Shown here in pieces: positions 6,653 to 15,448 of a stretch of 32,000 nt of DNA (position 1 is its first letter; every line of letters starts with the position of its first letter). The stretch lies in assembly GCA_002421785.1 (NCBI GenBank), contig DIRZ01000001.1:60001-92000 (forward strand), in the 5' to 3' direction. The stretch comes from Candidatus Saccharimonadota bacterium (GTDB lineage Bacteria; Patescibacteriota; Saccharimonadia; Saccharimonadales; Saccharimonadaceae). A model generated the notes under the pieces. The model made no database searches and had not been told where the DNA came from. It worked only from the letters and a program-made list of their open reading frames with translations. A program made the translations under genes and the position numbers.

Positions 6653-7900
6653 ATGCGCCCAGAAGATAAACGACCAACAACGCCTATAGTGGTACCGCAG
6701 CGTCAGTCGACGACTGTTGGTGACTCACAAATTCCTGGCGGCGAACAGGCTGCCAATATTGTGCGCGGTCAAATCGACTCAATCTACAATAATGACCCCG
6801 AGCTAACCATGCCTGCCGAGCAACCAGCGGCCCCCAAAAACGGTCCGGTCCCGTACACGCCACCAGCACCGCAGAACCTGCAGCTTGCGAGTCAACAAGC
6901 AGAGGTCGGTAACCCCTACGAGCGCACTCACAACGAGCAGCAGCACCAAATTCAGGTAAGTGCCTGGCAAAAGTACCATAGTGCTTGGCAAAGCTACTAC
7001 CAGCAGTACTACGAGCGCTATTACGTCAGTCAAGTACACGAGGCCAAGCAATCGCTAGAGGCCCAATCAGGCGAACAGCCTAAAGAGCCAGTTGATGAAT
7101 CGATTTCTAGCGACGAAGCTATGTACGATTTGCGTGCAAAGCTACGGGGTCGCATTAACGAGCAGGCTACAAAAGTACGTAAAAGTCGGCATTTCGTTCC
7201 AATTATCGCCGCCCTGAGCGTCATGCTTATTTTTGTCTTTCTTCAGTATAACCGCGTCATTTTTGCGTCCGTAGAGGCATACGTTACCCCTGGCAACATG
7301 GATCCCAGCACGCTTATCATCGACCCGAGTGCCCAGGTGCAGGTTGGTCCAGAACCACGACTTATCGTGCCAAAAATCAACGTCGATGTACCGATTGTAT
7401 GGGACGCAACCGCAGCCGACCAGAACTCGCTCAACAACGCCATGAAAAACGGCGTGGCCTGGTTTAATATTCCCGGTGCGAGCGCCAAGCCTGGGGAAGT
7501 CGGCAACTTCGTGGTCTCGGGCCACAGCAGCAACGACTGGCTTGACAGTGGTGACTATAAATTCGTGTTTGCGCGCCTTGAACAACTCACCGAAGGCGAT
7601 GTCATTTACGTGAACTACAACAGCGTCCGCTACACCTACAACATCGTGCGACGCGAAGTTGTAAAACCAACCGACGTAGCTGCGCTTGTCGACCCGACGA
7701 CTAAGCCCCTTATTACGCTCATTACCTGCGTTCCGCTTGGAACCGCCAACGAACGACTGCTTGTATTCGCAGAACAGGTAAGTCCAGACCCCAAAACCGC
7801 CGCAACTTCCACCCCGACCCCAGCCACAACATCTACAGCTACAAAAATGCCAGGCAATTCACCGACGTTCCTGCAACGCTTGTTCGGGATCGGTAACTAA
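6653..7900 (+). CDS. sortase-family transpeptidase with a long Q/Y/P-rich N-terminal extension
   Basis: The TM helix is FVPIIAALSVMLIFVFLQY. The catalytic His context is VVSGHS and the TLxTC motif is LITLITCVP. Confidence 0.8.
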   Translation: MRPEDKRPTTPIVVPQRQSTTVGDSQIPGGEQAANIVRGQIDSIYNNDPELTMPAEQPAAPKNGPVPYTPPAPQNLQLASQQAEVGNPYERTHNEQQHQIQVSAWQKYHSAWQSYYQQYYERYYVSQVHEAKQSLEAQSGEQPKEPVDESISSDEAMYDLRAKLRGRINEQATKVRKSRHFVPIIAALSVMLIFVFLQYNRVIFASVEAYVTPGNMDPSTLIIDPSAQVQVGPEPRLIVPKINVDVPIVWDATAADQNSLNNAMKNGVAWFNIPGASAKPGEVGNFVVSGHSSNDWLDSGDYKFVFARLEQLTEGDVIYVNYNSVRYTYNIVRREVVKPTDVAALVDPTTKPLITLITCVPLGTANERLLVFAEQVSPDPKTAATSTPTPATTSTATKMPGNSPTFLQRLFGIGN

Positions 7901-7902
7901 TA

Positions 7903-9369
7903 TTAGTCAGCGAGCGCTTTAGTACGCACCAACGCGACACCCGTTGGCTGCGGTGCGAAATGGTAATAGTATTTATTGTTCTCTGAGAGTGTGGCCGGTA
8001 GCACGCTAACGCCCGATGCTACTGTCTGGCGATTGGTACCATCAAAGTCATAGAAGTCGAAGCTACCACTAGCAGTCGACGACCAATGGAATCTGTCGAT
8101 CCACTGAACCGACTTCCCCTGATCGGCAGGAATAGTCGCGCGTGCCAGCTGGCGTGTTTCTAGGTCATACGTCGCGACGTCATTGCCACAGCGCGCAACA
8201 ACAAAGCGATCAAGAACTGGTGAAAAGTCTACATATGTCACGTTCGATGGGCAGTCATATTTTGCAACCTGGACTGACTGCGGCGTGGTTGACGCATCGC
8301 TTGAGGGTACATCGCCTCGCAAAATTTCAATCGTGGTACCGTGTGCGGTCACCGTATAGTCCTGCCCATAGTACGTGCCAGTGCGGAACCACGCCGGAAC
8401 GGCACCCTCGTCGGTGTAGGTGCGCGCAACCCGGGGCTTCGCAGCGCCACTCGTTAAATACCCGACACTACGCTGCATCGCCTCGTTTGCCAGCGTCGTA
8501 TATGTCACTGTGGAACGATCGGACTGCGCGAATGACTCGACATTCGTAATAAGCGGTCCACTGAGCGTCGTTGCCGACAAATCTGCTCGTCGGACTTCAT
8601 GAGTAGCTGTCAGCAGATACAGCGTATTGCTACTCGCAAGTGAATACTCCACAGCCCTAATATCTACCCCCAATGATTTGCTAATATTGCGAACAGGTTC
8701 GGCACCACGTAGGTCGACGGACAAATACTCCTCCTTGGCCTCTCCATACACATGACGCACAAGCATGTAGCGACCATCAAAATCCCAACCAACGAGGTCA
8801 AATACCTGCTGAAAACCTTCGTCGGGTGCGGTGTAGTCAAGCAGCGCCAGCGTCACTCTAGTCGGTGTCGCTTCATCTGCATTAAGGGGTGTCACTATAA
8901 TCGATGGATCATTTGCGCCCGGAAGCGCCGCGACATATTTGCGGTCCGGCGACACAATCGCATCTGCAACAGCAGGGAACGTCGCCACTGTTTTGATGGT
9001 TGGTTTCGTCGGCAACAATAGGGCATAGTTGAGCCACAGGACGCTTCCCGGCTGCACCATAACGTCTTTACGCCACGACGTGTATCCATCTTTTGTCATC
9101 GTAATCGTATGGCTACCAGTTTGGGCTGTCACCTTGCTGGCGGTGCGGTTCGCTAGTGTAATATCATCGAGCATAACGGTCGCGCCAGATGGCTTCGAGT
9201 CGAATTGCACCAAGCCACCTTGTTCAATCGTGCCATCGTAGCGATTAAACCGATAGCCAAGCATCACTAGTACGAGCGCCACCACAGTCACAACAACCGC
9301 CACAGCCATAAGGCCATACACAAAGAACAATTGAGCGCGTTTTTTACGTATATTTTTGGAATGATACAT
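7903..9369 (-). CDS. PEGA domain-containing membrane-anchored protein
   Basis: The N-terminal TM helix is LFFVYGLMAVAVVVTVVALVLVML. It is followed by a PEGA-like module, SKPSGATVMLDDITLANRTASKVTAQTGSHTITMTKDGYTSWRKDVMVQPGS. Confidence 0.65.
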   Translation of the reverse strand: MYHSKNIRKKRAQLFFVYGLMAVAVVVTVVALVLVMLGYRFNRYDGTIEQGGLVQFDSKPSGATVMLDDITLANRTASKVTAQTGSHTITMTKDGYTSWRKDVMVQPGSVLWLNYALLLPTKPTIKTVATFPAVADAIVSPDRKYVAALPGANDPSIIVTPLNADEATPTRVTLALLDYTAPDEGFQQVFDLVGWDFDGRYMLVRHVYGEAKEEYLSVDLRGAEPVRNISKSLGVDIRAVEYSLASSNTLYLLTATHEVRRADLSATTLSGPLITNVESFAQSDRSTVTYTTLANEAMQRSVGYLTSGAAKPRVARTYTDEGAVPAWFRTGTYYGQDYTVTAHGTTIEILRGDVPSSDASTTPQSVQVAKYDCPSNVTYVDFSPVLDRFVVARCGNDVATYDLETRQLARATIPADQGKSVQWIDRFHWSSTASGSFDFYDFDGTNRQTVASGVSVLPATLSENNKYYYHFAPQPTGVALVRTKALAD

Positions 9370-9493
9370 ATATACTAGCTATTATAGTCGTAACGGGCAT
9401 AAAAAAGAATCCTAGCTCTTGCAAATATCGCTCATGATACGCTACTATAGGGTAAGCACGAGCGGGGTAGCGCTCTCATTAGTAAGGGAGTAT

Positions 9494-10462
9494 ATGAGCG
9501 AAAAAACGGTTTCTATTAACGGCACGGTATACGACAAGCGCACCGGTATGCCTGTTCGCGTTGAACGCGAAGTCCATAACGTTACACGCCACAACGCGCA
9601 AACTGTTCATCAGCAGCTGCAAAAATCGCGCACCCTCAACCGCAAGTACGTCGCCCGTGACGCCGCTGCCACAGCTACAGCACCCGCTAGCACGGCTCCG
9701 GCTCCACACGCAATTTCTACCCACCGCGTCGTTTCGGCTCCCCAGGTTTCGCGTAGTGAGTCGGTTTCGCGCTTTGCTAAGGAATTTAACCGCGCACATG
9801 CAGTCCCCCAAAAAACCATTCGCGACATCGGCCCAACTGCTCATCCACTCGTTCGCCGCACCGAAGCAATTGTTGCTGCTAAAGCGCCTGTCGCAACCGT
9901 AATTAAACCTTCTTCAGTCCTCAAAAACGAAGCCATAAGCCGCGCCATGGCTCAAACACCTGCCAAGAACCACGCCAAGCCAGTCAAACAAAAATCTACC
10001 AGCAGGCACCGTCGAGCGCTCAGCCTTGCGTCTGCATCACTGGCGATTGTTCTGCTCGGTGGATACTTTACGTACCTTAGCATGCCGCAGATCTCAACCC
10101 GCGTTGCTGCCGCTCAAGCCGGTATCGCCGCAAGCTACCCCAGCTATCACCCAACAGGCTATACGCTGAGCGGGCCTGTTGCTTATGACCAAGGAAGCGT
10201 GACGATGAAATTCGCCGCCAATGCCGGCCCTCAAACCTTCACGCTTAACCAATCTCGCTCAGGCTGGGATTCCTCGGCAGTGCTCGACAACTACGTCGCA
10301 CCAAAGGCAGGTGAAAATTACAGCGCCACCACCATGAACGGCCTTACCATTTATACCTATAACAGCAACGCTGCATGGGTAAATGGCGGCATTTTGTACA
10401 CAATTACGGGCAACGCGCCCCTCAGCGGCGAACAAATCGGCCGCATTGCCACCAGTTTATAG
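9494..10462 (+). CDS. hypothetical single-pass membrane protein
   Basis: The start is trimmed to MSEKTVSING (ATG 9494), which is preceded by AAGGGAG. The central TM helix is LSLASASLAIVLLGGYFTYL. I recognise no catalytic motif. Confidence 0.55.
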   Translation: MSEKTVSINGTVYDKRTGMPVRVEREVHNVTRHNAQTVHQQLQKSRTLNRKYVARDAAATATAPASTAPAPHAISTHRVVSAPQVSRSESVSRFAKEFNRAHAVPQKTIRDIGPTAHPLVRRTEAIVAAKAPVATVIKPSSVLKNEAISRAMAQTPAKNHAKPVKQKSTSRHRRALSLASASLAIVLLGGYFTYLSMPQISTRVAAAQAGIAASYPSYHPTGYTLSGPVAYDQGSVTMKFAANAGPQTFTLNQSRSGWDSSAVLDNYVAPKAGENYSATTMNGLTIYTYNSNAAWVNGGILYTITGNAPLSGEQIGRIATSL

Positions 10463-10521
10463 CTGACCGCTTCGCGCAAACCACCTCGTCAATACCGGGG
10501 TGTTTTGCTATACTGACAGAC

Positions 10522-11952
10522 ATGACTGTACGTACACGTTTCGCTCCAAGCCCCACCGGCTATATCCATGTCGGCAATGTTCGCGCCGCACTTTTCCCAT
10601 GGCTCCTCGCGCGGCAGCAGCAGGGAACCTATATTTTACGCATCGAAGACACCGACCAAGCACGCTTCGTCGATGGCGCCACCGACCTGATTCTTGACAC
10701 GCTCGAATGGCTCGGCATTGATTGGGACGAAGGACCGCGAAAAGGCGGGGAATACGGACCCTACATCCAGTCCGAGCGACGCGATATCTACAAAGCCTGG
10801 GCACAAAAGCTTGTCGATAAGGGACTTGCCTACGCCGACCCTTACACGCCCGAAGAGGTACAGACCTTCCGCGAAGAAGCCAAAGCGCTTAAAAAACCGT
10901 TTTTGTACCGTGACCATCGCCCCGAGAATCCACCTGCCTGGGATGGCACACAGCCACTACGGCTCAAGGTAACCGACATCAAACGCTACACCTGGAACGA
11001 CCCTGTGATGGGCGAGCTTTCCGCAGGGCCCGAGGTGTTGGACGATTTCATCCTCATGAAAGCGGACGGTCTGCCAACGTACAACTTCGCGCATATTGTG
11101 GACGATGCCGAAATGAATGTCACGCACGTTATTCGTGGACTGGAGTACATTTCTTCAATCCCGCGCTATCTGAGCCTGTACGAAGCACTCGGGCTTGAAG
11201 TCCCTGTATTGGCGTGTCTGCCACACATCATGGCACCCGACGGCAAAAAGAAACTTGGCAAACGCGATGGCGCTAAAAGCGTCCAGGAATACCGCACCGA
11301 TGGCATCTTGCCTGAAGCAATGCTGAATTTCCTTGCCAGTATGGGTTGGAACGACGGCACAGAACAAGAGCTCTTTAGTCGTGAAGAGTTAATTGAAAAA
11401 TTCAGCCTCGACCGAGTCCAGCGCAGTGGCGCACGCTTTGACGAGCAACGACTACTCTGGATGAACGGGCAATGGATACGCCGACTCAGCCTCGATGACC
11501 TGTACACTCGAACGCTCAAGTACTGGCCCAAGAGTGCTGAAACTTACGACGAAGCCTACAAAAAACAAGTTCTCGGCCTCGTCCAAGATCGCCTAAAAAC
11601 TCTTGCCGAACTACCAATGATGACGAAGTACTTTTTCGAAGAGCCAGTCATCAACACCGAGCTGATTACCGACAATAAGCAGCTCAAAAAATTGTCGCCA
11701 GAAGAAGTTTCTACGCTGTTAGTAGCCGTCAAAACTGAGTTTGAAAACCTAGGCGAATGGACGCCCGAAGCCTTACAGGAATGCCTGAACCGCCTGCTTG
11801 ATGTCACAGGCCAAAAACCGGGCATTTTGTTCAGTCTGGTGCGCATTATCACCACATGGGCCCCCTTCAGTCCACAGCTCAACGATACGCTTGCACTCCT
11901 AGGCAAAGACAAAACGCTCGAGCGAATGGCAAACTACACTACGACACGCTAG
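10522..11952 (+). CDS. gltX: glutamyl-tRNA synthetase
   Basis: MTVRTRFAPSPTGYIHVGNVRAALF is the class I HIGH region, and KKKLGKRDG is the KMSKS-like loop. The start is trimmed from 10375. TATACT 10509-10514 lies 7 nt upstream. Confidence 0.9.
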   Translation: MTVRTRFAPSPTGYIHVGNVRAALFPWLLARQQQGTYILRIEDTDQARFVDGATDLILDTLEWLGIDWDEGPRKGGEYGPYIQSERRDIYKAWAQKLVDKGLAYADPYTPEEVQTFREEAKALKKPFLYRDHRPENPPAWDGTQPLRLKVTDIKRYTWNDPVMGELSAGPEVLDDFILMKADGLPTYNFAHIVDDAEMNVTHVIRGLEYISSIPRYLSLYEALGLEVPVLACLPHIMAPDGKKKLGKRDGAKSVQEYRTDGILPEAMLNFLASMGWNDGTEQELFSREELIEKFSLDRVQRSGARFDEQRLLWMNGQWIRRLSLDDLYTRTLKYWPKSAETYDEAYKKQVLGLVQDRLKTLAELPMMTKYFFEEPVINTELITDNKQLKKLSPEEVSTLLVAVKTEFENLGEWTPEALQECLNRLLDVTGQKPGILFSLVRIITTWAPFSPQLNDTLALLGKDKTLERMANYTTTR

Positions 11953-12010
11953 TTCTAGGCACGCTACCTCTAGCGTAGGGTAGGCCAACTTTGCTATACT
12001 AACCATAAGC

Positions 12011-13102
12011 ATGAAATGGCCTCATCCACACACTCTTTTACCCCGCGTCCATAACTGGATTCACCTCCATCCTCGGCGCACGTACGCATTTGTGGGCCTT
12101 GGCCTTGTCGTCGCGGCATCACTCATCGCAACGATACTGTTACTGCAACCAGCGCCCGAACCCCCCGTCGTCGTCACACCGACCGTCAAAAAGAAACCAA
12201 AGCCCGCACCCGTATTCTACTCGCCACTGACCGGACTAAAAGTGAACGATGAAGCCGCCACCAAGCAAGCCGTCACCGCCATCATGATTGAAAACAGTCC
12301 CGATGCGCGCCCGCAAAGCGGCGTCAAAGCAGCCGGAATTGTGTTCGAAGCGGTTGCCGAAGGCGGCATTACCCGGTTCCTGACACTACACCAAGAAGAC
12401 AAACCCCAGCTTATCGGTCCCGTGCGGAGCCTACGCATGTACTACGTTGACTGGCTTGCGCCGTACCAAGCAAGCGTTGCACACATCGGGGGAAGCGCGG
12501 CCGCACTCGCTGAAGTACGCAACGGCAACTACCGTGACATCGACCAGTTCTTTAACGCGCCGTACTACTGGCGCGCTACAGACCGCTACGCCCCCCATAA
12601 CGTATATACCAGCTTCGAAAAACTCGACGCGCTCAACCAGGCAAAAGGCTACACCGAATCCAGTTTCGAGGGCTTTGCCCGCATTGACGGTAAGCCAAGT
12701 AGTACGCCCAACGCCACAAGCATAGACCTCAACTTCAGTAGCGCGCTCTATAACACCCACTACGACTACGACACAGCCAGCAATACCTACCTTCGCTCCA
12801 TCGGTGGCGCACCGAGCGAAGACCGCGAAAGTGGGCGCATTATGCCAAGTGTTGTCGTAGCTATGAAAGTTGATATGACTCGCGTGCTCGAAGACGGCTA
12901 CCGTGAAAGCATCGTCACGACAGGCAGCGGTCCTGCTGTTATCTTCCAGAATGGAATCGTCACTGAAGCAACCTGGCAAAAAGACAGTCGCGCTGCGCCA
13001 CTTCGATTTATCGGTGCCGATGGCAAGCCTATCTCGCTGGTTCGTGGACAAACCTGGATCGGCGCCGTCCCTAATGGATCGGGGAGTGTCGCATGGAGAT
13101 AA
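12011..13102 (+). CDS. DUF3048 (YerB-like) domain protein, membrane anchored
   Basis: There is an N-terminal TM helix. AIMIENSPDARPQSGVKAAGIVFEAVAEGGITRFLTLHQ matches my recollection of the DUF3048 core. Confidence 0.65.
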   Translation: MKWPHPHTLLPRVHNWIHLHPRRTYAFVGLGLVVAASLIATILLLQPAPEPPVVVTPTVKKKPKPAPVFYSPLTGLKVNDEAATKQAVTAIMIENSPDARPQSGVKAAGIVFEAVAEGGITRFLTLHQEDKPQLIGPVRSLRMYYVDWLAPYQASVAHIGGSAAALAEVRNGNYRDIDQFFNAPYYWRATDRYAPHNVYTSFEKLDALNQAKGYTESSFEGFARIDGKPSSTPNATSIDLNFSSALYNTHYDYDTASNTYLRSIGGAPSEDRESGRIMPSVVVAMKVDMTRVLEDGYRESIVTTGSGPAVIFQNGIVTEATWQKDSRAAPLRFIGADGKPISLVRGQTWIGAVPNGSGSVAWR

Positions 13103-14664
13103 AAGACTCAAAACCGACCGACCGACCCACACCAACCAAGCCAGTGCTACTGAGTGATTACTGGCCTCGATATCGCCGCACCGCACTGCTTGCGACCTTT
13201 GCGATGCAAGTCGTCGTTGTTGCTGTTGTGGGCATGTCGCTCCTGGTCGGCGGAACACCGTTTACCGACCCTACATTTGGCATTACCATGCTTGCCACGC
13301 TACTGTGCGCCGGGTTCCTGAACGCGATGCTTGTCGATCTACTACTGACTCCTCACCGCGATATCGTGACAGCCGTTGCGCATGCCGCGGGCGAAAAATC
13401 CGACATCCCACTTGCCAGTCCAAATTCCGTACGCAACATCAAGAGCGGATTTAGGCCTGTGCTCCAGTTTGTCTATGAGCTCGTTGCTGACCAGAGCAAA
13501 CCAGAGGGGGCTGCGACGTCAGACACTGCAGCCACAGAACTCCACAAGCTTGCGACCGCCTTCGATCAAACCAGTGCGGGCCTGGTCACTATGGATGCTA
13601 ACGGCTCAATCCAATACGCAAACCGCCATGCACCGGTCGGCAAAACAACCAACGAAGTGCCGTACCTCGAATTGCTTTTTGAGCGTGAAGGCGAATTTAT
13701 GGAATGGCTCGCCACTTGCCGCGATAGTTCTGTGCGCGCTGAGCGCACCTGGCTCCGCGTTCCCAATAAAGTACTGGGCGACGAAGACCGACGAATCTTT
13801 GACGTTGCCGTCAACTACGAAAAGGGAAGTGCCGCGGAAGTTGTCATCGTCTGTTTTGATAGTTCCAAAGAATACCAACCAGAAGACGACGAACTCGACT
13901 TCATCGCGTTTGCCGCCCATGAATTGCGCGGTCCTATTACGGTCATTCGTGGCTATCTGGATGTGCTCGATATCGAAATCGGCCCCAGTCTCGCCCCGGA
14001 TCAACAAGAACTCATTAAGCGTTTAATTGTTTCGGCGAACCGCCTCAGTGGCTACATCAACAACATCCTCAATACCAGCAAATTTGACCGACGCCACATG
14101 AAGATACACCTAGCGGAAGATTCCGTCGCATCGATTTACGATTCCATACGCGATGACATGGAGCTGCGCGCGTCGTCCCAAAACCGCCTACTAACCGTCA
14201 CGCTTCCACCCGACCTACCAACAATTGCCGCTGACCGTTCAAGCCTAAGCGAGGTGATATCCAACCTCATCGACAACGCGCTCAAATACAGTACCGAAGG
14301 TGGCCTCGTGGCGGTGTCGGCCAGCGCAAAGGACGGCTATGTGACCGTGAGCGTACAGGACCACGGCATAGGAATGCCAAGCAACGTGGTAGGAAACCTG
14401 TTCCACAAATTCTATCGCTCGCACCGCTCGCGTGAAACCGTCGCCGGAACCGGCATCGGGCTCTACATCTGCAAAGCCATCGTTGAATCGCATGGCGGCA
14501 AAATAGGCGTGTCCAGCGTCGAAGGGCAGGGCTCCACGTTCAGCTTCACCGTTCCGATCTACGCCGCCGTAGCCGACAGGTTACAGGCAAACGACCACAC
14601 CAACGCAGGGCTCATTTCGACAAGCGACGGCTGGATAAAAAATCACTCTAAGTACACAGGATAG
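13093..14664 (+). CDS. sensor histidine kinase (2 TM, PAS-like, HisKA, HATPase_c)
   Basis: The H-box is FAAHELRGPITVIRGY, the N-box is LIDNALKYS and the G-boxes are DHGIGMP / GTGIGLYICKAIVESHGG. It overlaps the upstream gene by 10 nt. Confidence 0.85.
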   Translation: MEIKDSKPTDRPTPTKPVLLSDYWPRYRRTALLATFAMQVVVVAVVGMSLLVGGTPFTDPTFGITMLATLLCAGFLNAMLVDLLLTPHRDIVTAVAHAAGEKSDIPLASPNSVRNIKSGFRPVLQFVYELVADQSKPEGAATSDTAATELHKLATAFDQTSAGLVTMDANGSIQYANRHAPVGKTTNEVPYLELLFEREGEFMEWLATCRDSSVRAERTWLRVPNKVLGDEDRRIFDVAVNYEKGSAAEVVIVCFDSSKEYQPEDDELDFIAFAAHELRGPITVIRGYLDVLDIEIGPSLAPDQQELIKRLIVSANRLSGYINNILNTSKFDRRHMKIHLAEDSVASIYDSIRDDMELRASSQNRLLTVTLPPDLPTIAADRSSLSEVISNLIDNALKYSTEGGLVAVSASAKDGYVTVSVQDHGIGMPSNVVGNLFHKFYRSHRSRETVAGTGIGLYICKAIVESHGGKIGVSSVEGQGSTFSFTVPIYAAVADRLQANDHTNAGLISTSDGWIKNHSKYTG

Positions 14665-14675
14665 GGCACAAACAT

Positions 14676-15083
14676 ATGGCAATCAGATCAATTCTCGTAA
14701 TCGAAGATGACCGATTTATCGGTGAAATGTACGTGCGCAGCCTGCAACACGCTAACTACGACGTCGACTGGGTCGTCGATGGTAACGACGGCATCGTCGC
14801 CGCGCTCAACAAGCCCTACGACCTCATATTGCTCGACATCATGCTGCCCGAAAAGAAGGGGACCGACATCCTGAAAGCGCTCCGGGGCGAAGGTGCCGAC
14901 AAAATCCCCGGCACACGAGTTATCGTGATGACGAACTTTGACCAAGACGCCGAAAGTCGCATGGCCATGCAGCACGACGTAGACGCCTACCTGATAAAAG
15001 CCGAGATTACACCCCGCAAGCTCCTGGAAATCATCGCCAAGCTCGACACCCTTCCTCCCGCGCCAGCCGCACCCGCCCAATAG
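14676..15083 (+). CDS. single-domain response regulator (REC only) with a short Pro/Ala tail
   Basis: ILVIEDD...LILLDIMLP...VIVMTN...K is the receiver signature. There is no output domain. Confidence 0.85.
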   Translation: MAIRSILVIEDDRFIGEMYVRSLQHANYDVDWVVDGNDGIVAALNKPYDLILLDIMLPEKKGTDILKALRGEGADKIPGTRVIVMTNFDQDAESRMAMQHDVDAYLIKAEITPRKLLEIIAKLDTLPPAPAAPAQ

Positions 15084-15131
15084 CCAGACTAGACATTTCC
15101 CTCTGTATTTGATAGAGTGGGGATTGAATTT

Positions 15132-15206
15132 GGCCCTATCGTCTAACGGTTAGGACATCAGGTTCTCATCCTGGCAATCCGGGTTCGATTCCCGGTAGGG
15201 TCACCA
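15132..15206 (+). tRNA. tRNA-Glu (anticodon CTC), CCA encoded
   Basis: The acceptor is GGCCCTA/TAGGGTC, the D region is TCGTCTAACGGTTAGGAC, the anticodon stem-loop is CAGG-TTCTCAT-CCTG, and the T arm is CCGGG-TTCGATT-CCCGG. Confidence 0.85.
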
Positions 15207-15210
15207 AATA

Positions 15211-15245
15211 AAAATACTCTGCCTTTAGGTAGGGTATTTTTATTT
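15211..15245 (+). terminator. rho-independent terminator after tRNA-Glu
   Basis: AAAATACTCTGCC-TTTA-GGTAGGGTATTTT forms a hairpin with two G-U pairs and is followed by a T-run. Confidence 0.7.
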
Positions 15246-15287
15246 GATAGCTCTCGCCCGAGAGCCGAACCCGAAGGGTTCGATAGC
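15246..15287 (+). repeat. twin back-to-back hairpins bracketed by GATAGC direct repeats; contains a 9-nt copy of the tRNA T-arm (GGGTTCGAT)
   Basis: GCTCTCG/CGAGAGC lies at 15250-15265 and CGAACCC-GAA-GGGTTCG at 15266-15282. GATAGC occurs at 15246 and 15282. GGGTTCGAT at 15276-15284 is identical to tRNA positions 15181-15189. Confidence 0.6.
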
Positions 15288-15290
15288 AAG

Positions 15291-15326
15291 GAGCAGAGCA
15301 GAGCAGAGTAGAGTAGAGTAGAGTAG
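15291..15326 (+). repeat. pentanucleotide microsatellite (GAGCA)x3 (GAGTA)x4
   Basis: Read directly from the sequence: seven head-to-tail pentamers, ending 2 nt before a possible -35 (TTGCTC 15328-15333, then 17 nt, then TTATAT 15351-15356). Confidence 0.9.
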
Positions 15327-15448
15327 CTTGCTCATCTGAACGCGACACTGTTATATCCTAATATTCGCAGTAAGGGCCAGATTCTAAAGCTATCATTGCG
15401 TTCCAGGACTATCTAGGGCACAGCTCAATAAGCTGATAGGATAGAAAT

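Noticed and set aside
15166-15348. 60-aa minus-strand ORF
   Set aside because: It overlaps the tRNA-Glu gene, its terminator and the microsatellite. The translation is a by-product of those elements.
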